The notes under the pieces were generated by a model. It was given only the letters and a program-made list of their open reading frames with translations, did no database searches and was not told the DNA's origin. A stretch of 64,000 bases of DNA from Akkermansia sp. (GTDB lineage: Bacteria > Verrucomicrobiota > Verrucomicrobiia > Verrucomicrobiales > Akkermansiaceae), in NCBI GenBank assembly GCA_024405415.1, contig JAKSOV010000001.1, positions 16,685 through 80,684 of the forward strand, given 5' to 3'. This document shows, piece by piece, positions 20,214 to 28,346 of this stretch; positions within the stretch are counted from its first letter, which is position 1, and every line of letters begins with the position of its first letter. The position numbers and the translations under genes are program-made.

Positions 20214-21356
20214 ATGACGGGGGCCAATCAGGGCGCGGCGCTGCCGCCCGCGCGGGCAGGGGAGGATGTCGGCCTGTACATCCACATCCCCTTCTGCCAC
20301 CGCATCTGCCCCTACTGCGCCTTTTTCAAACATACGCCCGCGCGCACGGACATGCGCGGCTTTGCCGAGGCCGTGGCGCGGGAAGCCGCGCTGCGGTTGC
20401 CGCAGGGCTTCGCGCCGACCACGGTCTATTGCGGCGGCGGAACGCCCAGCATGCTCTCGCCTACGCACTTGGAGCTGATGGTGCAGGGGCTGCGCGAGAC
20501 GGTGGATTTCTCCCGTGTGCAGGAGTGGAGTTTTGAGGCAAACCCCGCCACGCTCACGCCCGCCAAGGTGCGCCAATGGCGGGAGCTGGGCATCACGCGC
20601 GTGTCGTTGGGGGTGCAGAGTTTTGAGCCGGAGCTGCTGAAACTCTTGGGGCGCACCCACACGCCTGAGCAGGTGGCGGCGGATGTGGCCTTGCTGCGCG
20701 CGGCGGGCATCCCGCAGGTGAACCTCGACCTCATGTTTTCCCTGCCGGGGCAGACGCTCGCGCAGTGGGCGCACACGCTGGACGCGGCGTTGGCGCTGAA
20801 ACCTGACCACCTCTCCACTTACAACCTCTCTTATGAGGAGGATACGGACTTTTTCCGCCGCTACGGCGCGGAAGCGGGGGATGAGGAGACGGATGTGGCC
20901 CTCTTCCGTTTGACGGAGGAAAAGCTGACCGCCGCGGGGTACCGTCACTACGAAATTTCTAACTACGCAAAGGAGGGCTGCCGCTCCCTGCACAATCTCG
21001 CCTGCTGGCGCGGGGCGGACTACGCTGCGCTCGGCCCGGGGGCGGTCGGCTCCTGGCAGGGGCTGCGTTACCGCAATGCCGAGAACACGGACGACTACAT
21101 CGCCGCGCTGAAGACGGGCGTCCTCCCGCCGCATGAGGCGGAGCAGGTGTCTGCAGAGGCCCGCCGCACGGAGCTGCTGGGACTCATGCTCCGCACGGAT
21201 GAGGGCTTGCCCGCCTCCTTCCTGCGTCCGCAGGATAGCACCTTTGTCGCCATGCTGCAAGAGCAGGGGCTCGCCACCCTCGGCGCGGAAGGGCGCCTTT
21301 TCCTCACCACGGACGGCCGCCTTGTGGCCGATGAAATCGCCGTGGGGCTGATGTAA
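20214..21356 (+). CDS. hemW: Radical SAM heme chaperone HemW (HemN family)
   Basis: 380 aa. GLYIHIPFCHRICPYCAFF carries the CxxxCxxC cluster motif. HemN-like C-terminal domain. Confidence 0.88.
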   Translation: MTGANQGAALPPARAGEDVGLYIHIPFCHRICPYCAFFKHTPARTDMRGFAEAVAREAALRLPQGFAPTTVYCGGGTPSMLSPTHLELMVQGLRETVDFSRVQEWSFEANPATLTPAKVRQWRELGITRVSLGVQSFEPELLKLLGRTHTPEQVAADVALLRAAGIPQVNLDLMFSLPGQTLAQWAHTLDAALALKPDHLSTYNLSYEEDTDFFRRYGAEAGDEETDVALFRLTEEKLTAAGYRHYEISNYAKEGCRSLHNLACWRGADYAALGPGAVGSWQGLRYRNAENTDDYIAALKTGVLPPHEAEQVSAEARRTELLGLMLRTDEGLPASFLRPQDSTFVAMLQEQGLATLGAEGRLFLTTDGRLVADEIAVGLM

Positions 21357-21374
21357 AATAGGTGTCGAATCTCC

Positions 21375-21403
21375 TTGAAAGGATATCTCTATCCTGATAT
21401 TCT
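21375..21403 (+). promoter_or_regulatory. Sigma-70-like promoter, leaderless configuration
   Basis: TTGAAA-17-TATTCT-8 nt-ATG(21412). Confidence 0.45.
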
Positions 21404-21411
21404 ACACCTGT

Positions 21412-22458
21412 ATGAAACCCAATAAACCCATTGATGCTGTTTTAGTGAAAACGGCTTCTCCCTTTTCCAAGCTGGTGATTCCCGCGCTCGTGCTTGTCGG
21501 TGCTGCAGCGGTCATCATCGGCTCCAACTGCTCCAATGAGCGCGTGGACGGTGGTTATGCCGCCTATGTGTACACGAATCCTATCTTCGGCAAGAAGGAG
21601 TTCAAGGGCGTGCTCATGGGGCCGAGCGGCACGGGTTATGTGTGGCGACAGAAAGCCGTCAACATCTGCGTGACGCCCTACACCATGTCCGAGGAGTTCG
21701 ATGACATCCGCGCCTCCGACCAGCTCAAGATGAACGCGCAGGCCTACATGGTATACCGCATCGACAAGAGCAAGGTCAAGGAGTTCGTGGAGCAGTACGG
21801 CGCGATTGCCGACACCCCGAACAACCCCGATGAAATCGCCAATGATGCGTATGAATCCTTCATCCGCCAGCCCTTCCGCACGGCGGTGCGCACGGCGATT
21901 GCCCGCTTCCGCGGTCTGGAGGCTCCCGCTAAAATCCCCGAGATTACGCAGATGGTGGAGGAGAGCCTGCGCAAGCAGCTGGCAGATTCCCCCTTCATCG
22001 TGGAATCCGTCACCATCGGCTCCACAACGCCGCCCGAGTCCGTGACGCTGGGCATCACCAAGAAGGTGGAAGCCTCTCAGGAGTATGAGCGCCAGGCTAT
22101 CCAGCTGGAGATTGCCAAGCGTTCCGAAGAAATTGCTGATGCCGAAGGCCGCGCCAAGGCCAACCGCATGAATCAGGAAGCGCAGGGTGAGCTTCTCCGC
22201 GCCAAGGCCGAGGCCGACGCCAAGCTTTACGCTCGCCGACAGGAGGCCGCGGCTCACCTCGCCATGAAGCAGGCGGAAGCCGAGGGTATGAAGCTGGAGG
22301 CCGAGGGTAAGAAGGCTCTCAATGAAGCCATCGGCAACAATATCATCCGCATGGAGACTATCAACAACCTCGACAAGATTAAGTTCCCGAACATCCTTGT
22401 CGGCAGCGAGGCCGTTACCCCGCTTTTCGATGCGCTCCGCAACATCAAGAGCGAGTAA
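21412..22458 (+). CDS. SPFH/band-7 (flotillin/prohibitin-like) membrane protein
   Basis: 348 aa. N-terminal TM helix, a globular domain, then an Ala/Glu-rich coiled coil (EYERQAIQLEIAKRSEEIADAEGRAKANRMNQEAQGELLRAKAEADAKL). Confidence 0.6.
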   Translation: MKPNKPIDAVLVKTASPFSKLVIPALVLVGAAAVIIGSNCSNERVDGGYAAYVYTNPIFGKKEFKGVLMGPSGTGYVWRQKAVNICVTPYTMSEEFDDIRASDQLKMNAQAYMVYRIDKSKVKEFVEQYGAIADTPNNPDEIANDAYESFIRQPFRTAVRTAIARFRGLEAPAKIPEITQMVEESLRKQLADSPFIVESVTIGSTTPPESVTLGITKKVEASQEYERQAIQLEIAKRSEEIADAEGRAKANRMNQEAQGELLRAKAEADAKLYARRQEAAAHLAMKQAEAEGMKLEAEGKKALNEAIGNNIIRMETINNLDKIKFPNILVGSEAVTPLFDALRNIKSE

Positions 22459-22514
22459 AGTTTTCGCAAGAAGCTTTTTTCGGGCGAGGCGCGCTGCTGC
22501 GGCGGTGCGCCTCG

Positions 22515-22922
22515 TCAGCGTTTCACCTGTTTCACCACGTAGGTGACGACGCCGAAGAACTCCGCCTGCATGCCGGGGGTGAGGGCGATGGGGGAGAAGG
22601 CGGGGTTCTCGGGCAGGAGGCGCACCGCTTTGCCGCGCTTCTCGAGGCGCTTGACGGTGAAGGCTCCGTCCACCGCGGCGATGATGATGTCGCCGTCGTG
22701 CGCGGGGAGACTGCGGTCCACCACGAGCACGTCGCCGTCTCCGATACCTGCGCCGAGCATGCTCTCGCCGCGCGCGCGGATGAAGTAGGTGGCCGTGGGG
22801 TGGCGCACGCAGAGCTCATCAAGGCTCAGCGTGCTGTCGATGTCGCCGCGCGCGGGGGAGGGGAATCCCGCTGCAACGCTCTCCGCGAAGAGCGGTATCT
22901 TGTCGTCGTTTTCCTCGGGCAT
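22515..22922 (-). CDS. umuD: S24 peptidase, UmuD-like (no HTH domain)
   Basis: 135 aa. YFIRARGESMLGAGIGDGDVLVVDRS...FTVKRL gives an S24 Ser/Lys dyad context. The size fits UmuD rather than LexA. Confidence 0.75.
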   Translation of the reverse strand: MPEENDDKIPLFAESVAAGFPSPARGDIDSTLSLDELCVRHPTATYFIRARGESMLGAGIGDGDVLVVDRSLPAHDGDIIIAAVDGAFTVKRLEKRGKAVRLLPENPAFSPIALTPGMQAEFFGVVTYVVKQVKR

Positions 22923-22944
22923 AGGGTAGGGGGTGTCGGGAAAA

Positions 22945-24597
22945 TTATCGGTCGAGCAGGGCTCGGGCGTGGGCGGCGGCGGTGTCCCCCTTGGTGCCGA
23001 GCATGCGCATCAGCTCGTTCACGCGGGCATCATCCGCCACCTCGCAGAGGCGGGAGACGGTGCGCTCGTTCTCCACGCCCTTGGAGATGAGATAGTGGTG
23101 GTCGGCAAGTGCCGCTACCTGAGGGAAGTGGGTGATGGCAATCACCTGGTGCTCCGTGCCCAGCTCGCGCATCTTCATGCCCACGGCACGGGCAATTTCA
23201 CCGCCCACGTTGGCGTCAATTTCATCGAAGATGAGCAGGGGGGTGTCATCCTGCTTGGCAAGCGCGCTCTTGAGGGCGAGCATCACGCGCGCCAGCTCGC
23301 CCGAGGAGGCGATGAGTCGCAGCGGCTTGAGCGGCTCACCCGGGTTGGGGCCGAAGAGGAACTCCGCGTTCTCCAAACCGTGCGGCGCGGGCTCTTCCTC
23401 CGCATGCAGCTCGGCACGGAAGTGGGACTGCCGGAAGCCCAGCTGCGCGGCATGCATGAGAAAATCTTTCTCCAAGCGCGGCGCTGCTTTGCGGCGGGTG
23501 GCGGAGAGGGCGCGCCCCGCTTCCATGACGGCGGCGCGTGCCTGTTTCTCCGCGGCCTCCAGCTCGGCGAGACGGTCTTCGCGGTTGTCGATGGCGTCCA
23601 AGCGCTCACGGCAGGCGGCGAGGTGGGCTTCAATCGCTTCGAAATCCGCGCCGTACTTGCGTTTGAGCGTGTCCAGCAGGGCCACGCGGGTTTCCAGCGC
23701 AGCCAGCTCCTCGGGGTCGCCGCCGAGGGAATCCGCGTAGTCGTTGAGGGTGTCGGCCACTTCCTCCAGCTCCTCGATGACGGCATCCAGCGGGGCGAGT
23801 TTGCTTTGCAGGGAGGCGTCGAGGCGCGTCAGCTCGCGCCCCATGCGCACGGCTTGGTGCAGCTGGGAGAGCAGGGAATTATCCCCGCCGTCAATGAGCT
23901 GCGCCATGGGCACGGCGGTGTCGCGTAGGCGCCCTGCGTTGCGCGCGCGCTGCCAGCGGGTTTCGAGGCTTGCGACCTCCTCCGCGGTGAAGCGTGCGTT
24001 CTCAATCTCCTCCGTCTGGTGGCGCAGGAAATCCAGCTCGCGCTCGTTGGCTTGTTCGCTCTCAGCCAGCTCGCGGTAGGCGGCGCGGGCATCGATCCAG
24101 CTGCGGTAGGCCGTCTTGTAGGCGGCGAGGGTGTCCGCATTGGCGGCGAAAGCATCCAGCAGGGTGAGCTGGCGCTCCTGCGAGGTGAGGGAGCGGTGCG
24201 CCTCCGGCTGGTGGCGGTCCACCAGGCCCGCGCCGATGTCGCGCAGCAGGTGCTGTGTGACGGGGGTGTTGTTGATGAATTGGCGGTTGCCCGTGGCGGT
24301 GATGACACGGCGGATGAGCAGTTCGCCGTCCTCGCAGGGCGGCACGCCCGCTTCTTCCAGCTGCGCGTTGACGGTCTCGGGGCAGGAGAGGTGGAAGGCG
24401 GCCTCGATGCTGCACTGCGTCTCGCCGCTGCGAATCATCCCTTTGTCCGCGCGTTCGCCCAGCACCAGCGCAATACCGCCCATGATGACGGATTTGCCCG
24501 CGCCCGTTTCCCCCGTGATACCGAGGAACCCGGGGTGCGGTTCCCACGTCAGTTCATCTACGAGGGCGAGGTTGCGAATCTTCAGAAGGGTCAGCAT
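22945..24597 (-). CDS. recN: DNA repair protein RecN
   Basis: 550 aa. MLTLLKIRNLALVDEL...GITGETGAGKSVIMGGI (Walker A), a long coiled coil, and C-terminal LLIFDEIDANVGG. Confidence 0.95.
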   Translation of the reverse strand: MLTLLKIRNLALVDELTWEPHPGFLGITGETGAGKSVIMGGIALVLGERADKGMIRSGETQCSIEAAFHLSCPETVNAQLEEAGVPPCEDGELLIRRVITATGNRQFINNTPVTQHLLRDIGAGLVDRHQPEAHRSLTSQERQLTLLDAFAANADTLAAYKTAYRSWIDARAAYRELAESEQANERELDFLRHQTEEIENARFTAEEVASLETRWQRARNAGRLRDTAVPMAQLIDGGDNSLLSQLHQAVRMGRELTRLDASLQSKLAPLDAVIEELEEVADTLNDYADSLGGDPEELAALETRVALLDTLKRKYGADFEAIEAHLAACRERLDAIDNREDRLAELEAAEKQARAAVMEAGRALSATRRKAAPRLEKDFLMHAAQLGFRQSHFRAELHAEEEPAPHGLENAEFLFGPNPGEPLKPLRLIASSGELARVMLALKSALAKQDDTPLLIFDEIDANVGGEIARAVGMKMRELGTEHQVIAITHFPQVAALADHHYLISKGVENERTVSRLCEVADDARVNELMRMLGTKGDTAAAHARALLDR

Positions 24598-24662
24598 GGT
24601 TAGGCTTGCGTTGCAGCGGTATTATGGCATAATGAGGGGCGAACTTCAATCCCTAGCTTGGC

Positions 24663-25445
24663 ATGCAGATACTTTTCCTCGGCACCGGCACTTCGACAGG
24701 CGTTCCCCAAATCGGGTGCGACTGTGCCGTCTGCACACAGGCGAAGGAACCCGGCTCACGCAACCACCGTTGGCGCTCCTCCATTCTCGTGCGTACGGAG
24801 AAAACAACCCTGCTGGTGGACTCCTGCCCCGACCTGCACGAACAGGCATTGAGGCACGGCCTGCGCGCGATAGACGCTATTCTTTATACCCACGAGCACC
24901 TGGACCACGTGGCTGGCTTCGACGAGCTGCGCGCCTTCTGCTGGCACCGCGACACCCGCCTGCCGCTGTATGCCGGAACGGGCACCATGAAGCAGCTCAA
25001 GCGCATGTACGCCTGGGCTTTCTCGGAGGAGAACACGTGGAAGGGCTACATCCACCCCGAGGCGCACGACCATGCCGGAAACCCCTTCGTCATCGGCGAT
25101 ATCCACGTCACTCCCGTGCTCGTGCAGCATGGTTTTGTGGAGACTTATGGCTACGTGTTCCGCCACGGCGGCAAGAGTTTCGGGTACGTGCCCGACATCA
25201 AAGAGCTGCCCGAGTCCTCCGCTGCCAAGCTGATGCACTTGGACGCCCTCGCCATGGACGGCCTCTGCTACCCGCAGCACCGCACGCACCTCACCGTGGA
25301 TGAAAATATCGCGCTCATGCAGCGCCTCTCCCCCAAGAGCGGCTTTATCACTCACAGCGGCCACCGCTTGGACTACTACCGCCTCGCCGACTCGCTTCCC
25401 GACTTCATGGAACCCGCTTTTGACGGCCTGACGCTGGAGCTGTAA
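24663..25445 (+). CDS. MBL-fold metallo-hydrolase (PhnP-like)
   Basis: 260 aa. MQILFLGTGTSTGVPQIGCDCAVC and the metal-binding motif YTHEHLDHVAG. Confidence 0.8.
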   Translation: MQILFLGTGTSTGVPQIGCDCAVCTQAKEPGSRNHRWRSSILVRTEKTTLLVDSCPDLHEQALRHGLRAIDAILYTHEHLDHVAGFDELRAFCWHRDTRLPLYAGTGTMKQLKRMYAWAFSEENTWKGYIHPEAHDHAGNPFVIGDIHVTPVLVQHGFVETYGYVFRHGGKSFGYVPDIKELPESSAAKLMHLDALAMDGLCYPQHRTHLTVDENIALMQRLSPKSGFITHSGHRLDYYRLADSLPDFMEPAFDGLTLEL

Positions 25446-25510
25446 TCCCCCGCCGCATGACCTCTGCGGGGCAGATGCGCCATCGGGCGTGAGCCTTGCG
25501 GAATAGACGT

Positions 25511-25551
25511 TTTATTTCGCCATTTATTTCGCCAAATATTTCGCCAAGAAT
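25511..25551 (+). repeat. Left 41 nt iteron-like direct repeat flanking fic
   Basis: TTTATTTCGCCA-TTTATTTCGCCA-AATATTTCGCCA-AGAAT (3 x 12 nt units). It differs at 3 positions from the copy at 26544-26584. Confidence 0.85.
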
Positions 25552-25552
25552 G

Positions 25553-25580
25553 TTGACAAGGGCGCTCAATCAGCTATACT
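25553..25580 (+). promoter_or_regulatory. Sigma-70-like promoter, leaderless configuration (fic)
   Basis: TTGACA-16-TATACT-6 nt-ATG(25587). Confidence 0.5.
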
Positions 25581-25586
25581 TACGGT

Positions 25587-26543
25587 ATGCCGTACATGCC
25601 GCCATACACCATTTCGGATGAAGCTCTGAGCCTGCTCTCGGAGTGCGAGGCTTTGCTGCGTGTGTTGCCTTGTGCGGATATTCCGCTGCGCCTGCGCAAG
25701 ACGAACCGAATCCGCTCTATTCACTCCTCTCTGGCGATTGAGGGTAACACCCTGCGTGAGGATGAAATAGCCGCTGTGTTGGCGGGCAAGGTGGTGATAG
25801 CCCCGCAACTGCAGATTCGGGAGGCCGAGAACGCTGCCGAGACCTACGCTGTTTTCCGTGAGCTGAACCCGCACCGTGTCGAGGATATGCTGCGAGCTCA
25901 CGGCTGCATGATGAAGGGGCTTGTTCGCGGGGCTGGTCAGTTCCGTACGGGAGGGGAAGGGGTGTTTGATGAGCAGGGGCATGTCGTGCACATGGCACCG
26001 CCCGCCGACCGTGTGCCCTACCTCATGGCGCAACTGCTCGACTGGCTCCGCACAACACAGGCCCCCGCTTTGGTCAGCAGCGCTGTCTTTCATTACGAGT
26101 TCGAGTTCATCCACCCCTTTACGGACGGCAACGGCCGTATCGGACGCCTGTGGCAGACCCTCATCCTCTCGCGTTGGAATCCCATCTTTGAATACATGCC
26201 TGTCGAGACCATGGTACAGGCACATCAAGCGGAGTACTACCGAGCCTTCGCCCTCAGCACGGAACGCACGGATTCTGCCCCCATGATAGAGTTTATGCTC
26301 CGTGCCGTGCGCGACACACTCAAGGAACAGAAGAAACTCTACACCAAGGACGCCGCACCCACCCCCGCCCGCGTCCTAGGCTTCTTCCGCCGCCACCCCG
26401 GTGCCAACCGCTCCGCGCTTCTTCGCGCCTATCCCGCCCTCTCCCCCCGCCAAGCCGACCGCCTTCTTGCCGATCTTCGCAACTCCGGAAAACTTGAATT
26501 CCGCGGCGCGAAAAAGACGGGCGGTTTCTATCCCCTTGCGTGA
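25587..26543 (+). CDS. Fic-family protein (AMPylase-type) with an intramolecular inhibitory motif
   Basis: 318 aa. Fic motif HPFTDGNGRIGR. N-terminal SLAIEGN fits the (S/T)xxxE(G/N) auto-inhibition helix. The C-terminal region looks winged-helix-like. Confidence 0.9.
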   Translation: MPYMPPYTISDEALSLLSECEALLRVLPCADIPLRLRKTNRIRSIHSSLAIEGNTLREDEIAAVLAGKVVIAPQLQIREAENAAETYAVFRELNPHRVEDMLRAHGCMMKGLVRGAGQFRTGGEGVFDEQGHVVHMAPPADRVPYLMAQLLDWLRTTQAPALVSSAVFHYEFEFIHPFTDGNGRIGRLWQTLILSRWNPIFEYMPVETMVQAHQAEYYRAFALSTERTDSAPMIEFMLRAVRDTLKEQKKLYTKDAAPTPARVLGFFRRHPGANRSALLRAYPALSPRQADRLLADLRNSGKLEFRGAKKTGGFYPLA

Positions 26544-26584
26544 TTTATTTCGCCGTTTATTTCGCCAAATATTTCGCCGAAAAT
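26544..26584 (+). repeat. Right 41 nt iteron-like direct repeat flanking fic
   Basis: TTTATTTCGCCG-TTTATTTCGCCA-AATATTTCGCCG-AAAAT, starting immediately after the fic stop codon. A degenerate remnant lies at 57061-57085. Confidence 0.85.
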
Positions 26585-26640
26585 CGGAATACGCCTGTGG
26601 CGCAAAGTGGGAGACAAGGCACCATTTTCTTTTTTGTCTT

Positions 26641-27131
26641 GTTCCAAAACACGCCCTTTATCTTGTCTTTTGTTAGCGTGTATGATAGCATCCCCACGCC
26701 GCCGCTTTTATCAGCAGCGGCGGTTCCGACATCATGTGGGAATTGATAACACGAATGTGGCCACACATTTGCGACCTGCTCGCGGTGGTCATGAGCTTCG
26801 TTGAAATGATATAAACGAAGCAACCCCGCAGACGCGCCAACGTCTGCGGGGTTTTCGGTTCCTCTTGAGGAATTGATAACTTTGTAGCTTTTTAAGCTCA
26901 AGGGCATTGTAATGAGAGTAGGGGCTCATGTCAACAGTTTTTTCCTGTCCTCAACTGCTAAAACGTCTCTTAGAGGGCGAGCGCCGAGCCGGAAAATTCA
27001 GAACCTCATCCGACGGCACGCCTGATGAGGTTGATAATCCTGCGGCGAACCTGTCTCGGCGTAGCCGTAGGCGAAGACGGAAGCCGCACGAATTCTCTAA
27101 ATCAAAAATCTCAAATCACCTATTTCTTATC
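26641..27131. repeat. Copy A of a ~0.47-0.49 kb structured non-coding module
   Basis: Aligns by eye over its full length with 57090-57554, apart from an extra ~38 nt hairpin-containing insert in copy A. No conserved reading frame. It holds conserved hairpins with a compensatory change and ends exactly at the integrase stop codon. Confidence 0.85.
26824..26858 (+). terminator. Terminator-like hairpin inside module copy A
   Basis: CCCCGCAGACG-CGCCAA-CGTCTGCGGGG followed by TTTTCGG. Copy B keeps a 9 bp stem but lacks the T-tract. Confidence 0.4.
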
Positions 27132-28173
27132 ACATATTCCAAAAGCGCCGTGCTGCGCTTTGGCCGATGGGCGAGAGATAGCGGCTGTGCAGCAGCCGCG
27201 GGGTGGTGTGGCCCATTTCGAGTTGGAGGGCGGGAAGATTGCGGAAGTGCCGTGCGTGGTAGGTGGCGAAGGTGTGGCGGCAGATGTCGGGCCGCCAGCT
27301 GCGGAAGCGGGCGGCGCGGCGCAGGGCGCGCCATCGTTGCTCCCAGCGGTCGGGGATGGTGAGGGCACCGCGGTGCTGTTTGATGTAAGTCGCGACTTTT
27401 CTCAACGGCACCACGCGCCCGCCGCCGGTCTTGCTGGTGTTGGGGCGGATGATGAGTTCATCCCCCACAATATCCCGCTGCGGGTCAATCCGCGTCACCT
27501 CCGTGGGGCGGATGCCGCAGTAGAGCATGAGTTTCAGCGAGAGCTGCATGTCGCGATGCTCGGGGCGTTCCGCAGCGCGCTCCAGCCGCCCCACTTCCTC
27601 CGGCGTCAGCGGTTCGATGGGCTTTTCTTTCACTCGCGGGGCTTCGATAGCATCCACAGGGTTCCTGTCACACCACTCCTGCCGCAGGCCGTAGGCAAAG
27701 ATGGAGTGCAGAATGGAACGCCCCTTGTGGTAACTGCTCGCGCTGTTCCCGAAGGCAGCCGCCAGCATCGCGCGGCACTCCTTCACCCCCATCGCCCGCA
27801 GCGGCCTCTCCGCGACACCCGACACTCGCAACATTCGGTTGGTATAGTGCCGCAGATTCCTCCGCGAGGTCGGCCTCAACCCGCTCCTCGCCGCCAAACT
27901 CTGCCGCACCGCCTCGGCAAAGCTCACCGTCTCCTCCGCTTTCTTTACAGTCTCCACTCCATCTACGACTACCCGCCGCAGCAACACCATCAGCTCCGCT
28001 CGTTCCAGCCCGCCCGTTCTCTCTCCTCCCAATCCCTCACAAGCCTCCGCTACCAACCGCGCCGCATCCGTGGCATTCAGTCCGTACTCTGTCAAAATCT
28101 CATTCGCTGTTCTTCTTTTCATAGTCATCCTTTCAAAGGGTGCGTCAATGCAAATGCAGCAAAAATTGAGCAT
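27130..28173 (-). CDS. Tyrosine recombinase / phage-type integrase
   Basis: 347 aa. C-terminal catalytic region RPTEV...CRHTFATYH...GHTTPRLLHSRY gives the R..H-x-x-R..Y pattern. A possible promoter TTGTCA-18-ATTATA lies 10 nt before the ATG at 28173. Alternative starts are at 28128 and 28122. Confidence 0.85.
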   Translation of the reverse strand: MLNFCCICIDAPFERMTMKRRTANEILTEYGLNATDAARLVAEACEGLGGERTGGLERAELMVLLRRVVVDGVETVKKAEETVSFAEAVRQSLAARSGLRPTSRRNLRHYTNRMLRVSGVAERPLRAMGVKECRAMLAAAFGNSASSYHKGRSILHSIFAYGLRQEWCDRNPVDAIEAPRVKEKPIEPLTPEEVGRLERAAERPEHRDMQLSLKLMLYCGIRPTEVTRIDPQRDIVGDELIIRPNTSKTGGGRVVPLRKVATYIKQHRGALTIPDRWEQRWRALRRAARFRSWRPDICRHTFATYHARHFRNLPALQLEMGHTTPRLLHSRYLSPIGQSAARRFWNM

Positions 28174-28346
28174 TCGCAGATACTATAATGCGTTGAAAAA
28201 GAAGAGTTGACAAGTACTCGGCAAAGGGAGCAATAGATGCCCATCTATAAAACATTGAAAAAATGGCACATTGAGACCTCTCCCTTTGAAAGGGTGTATA
28301 GTGTTTCCGCTTGCGTTTCGGGGCGCAGGATAACATCTCAAGCACT

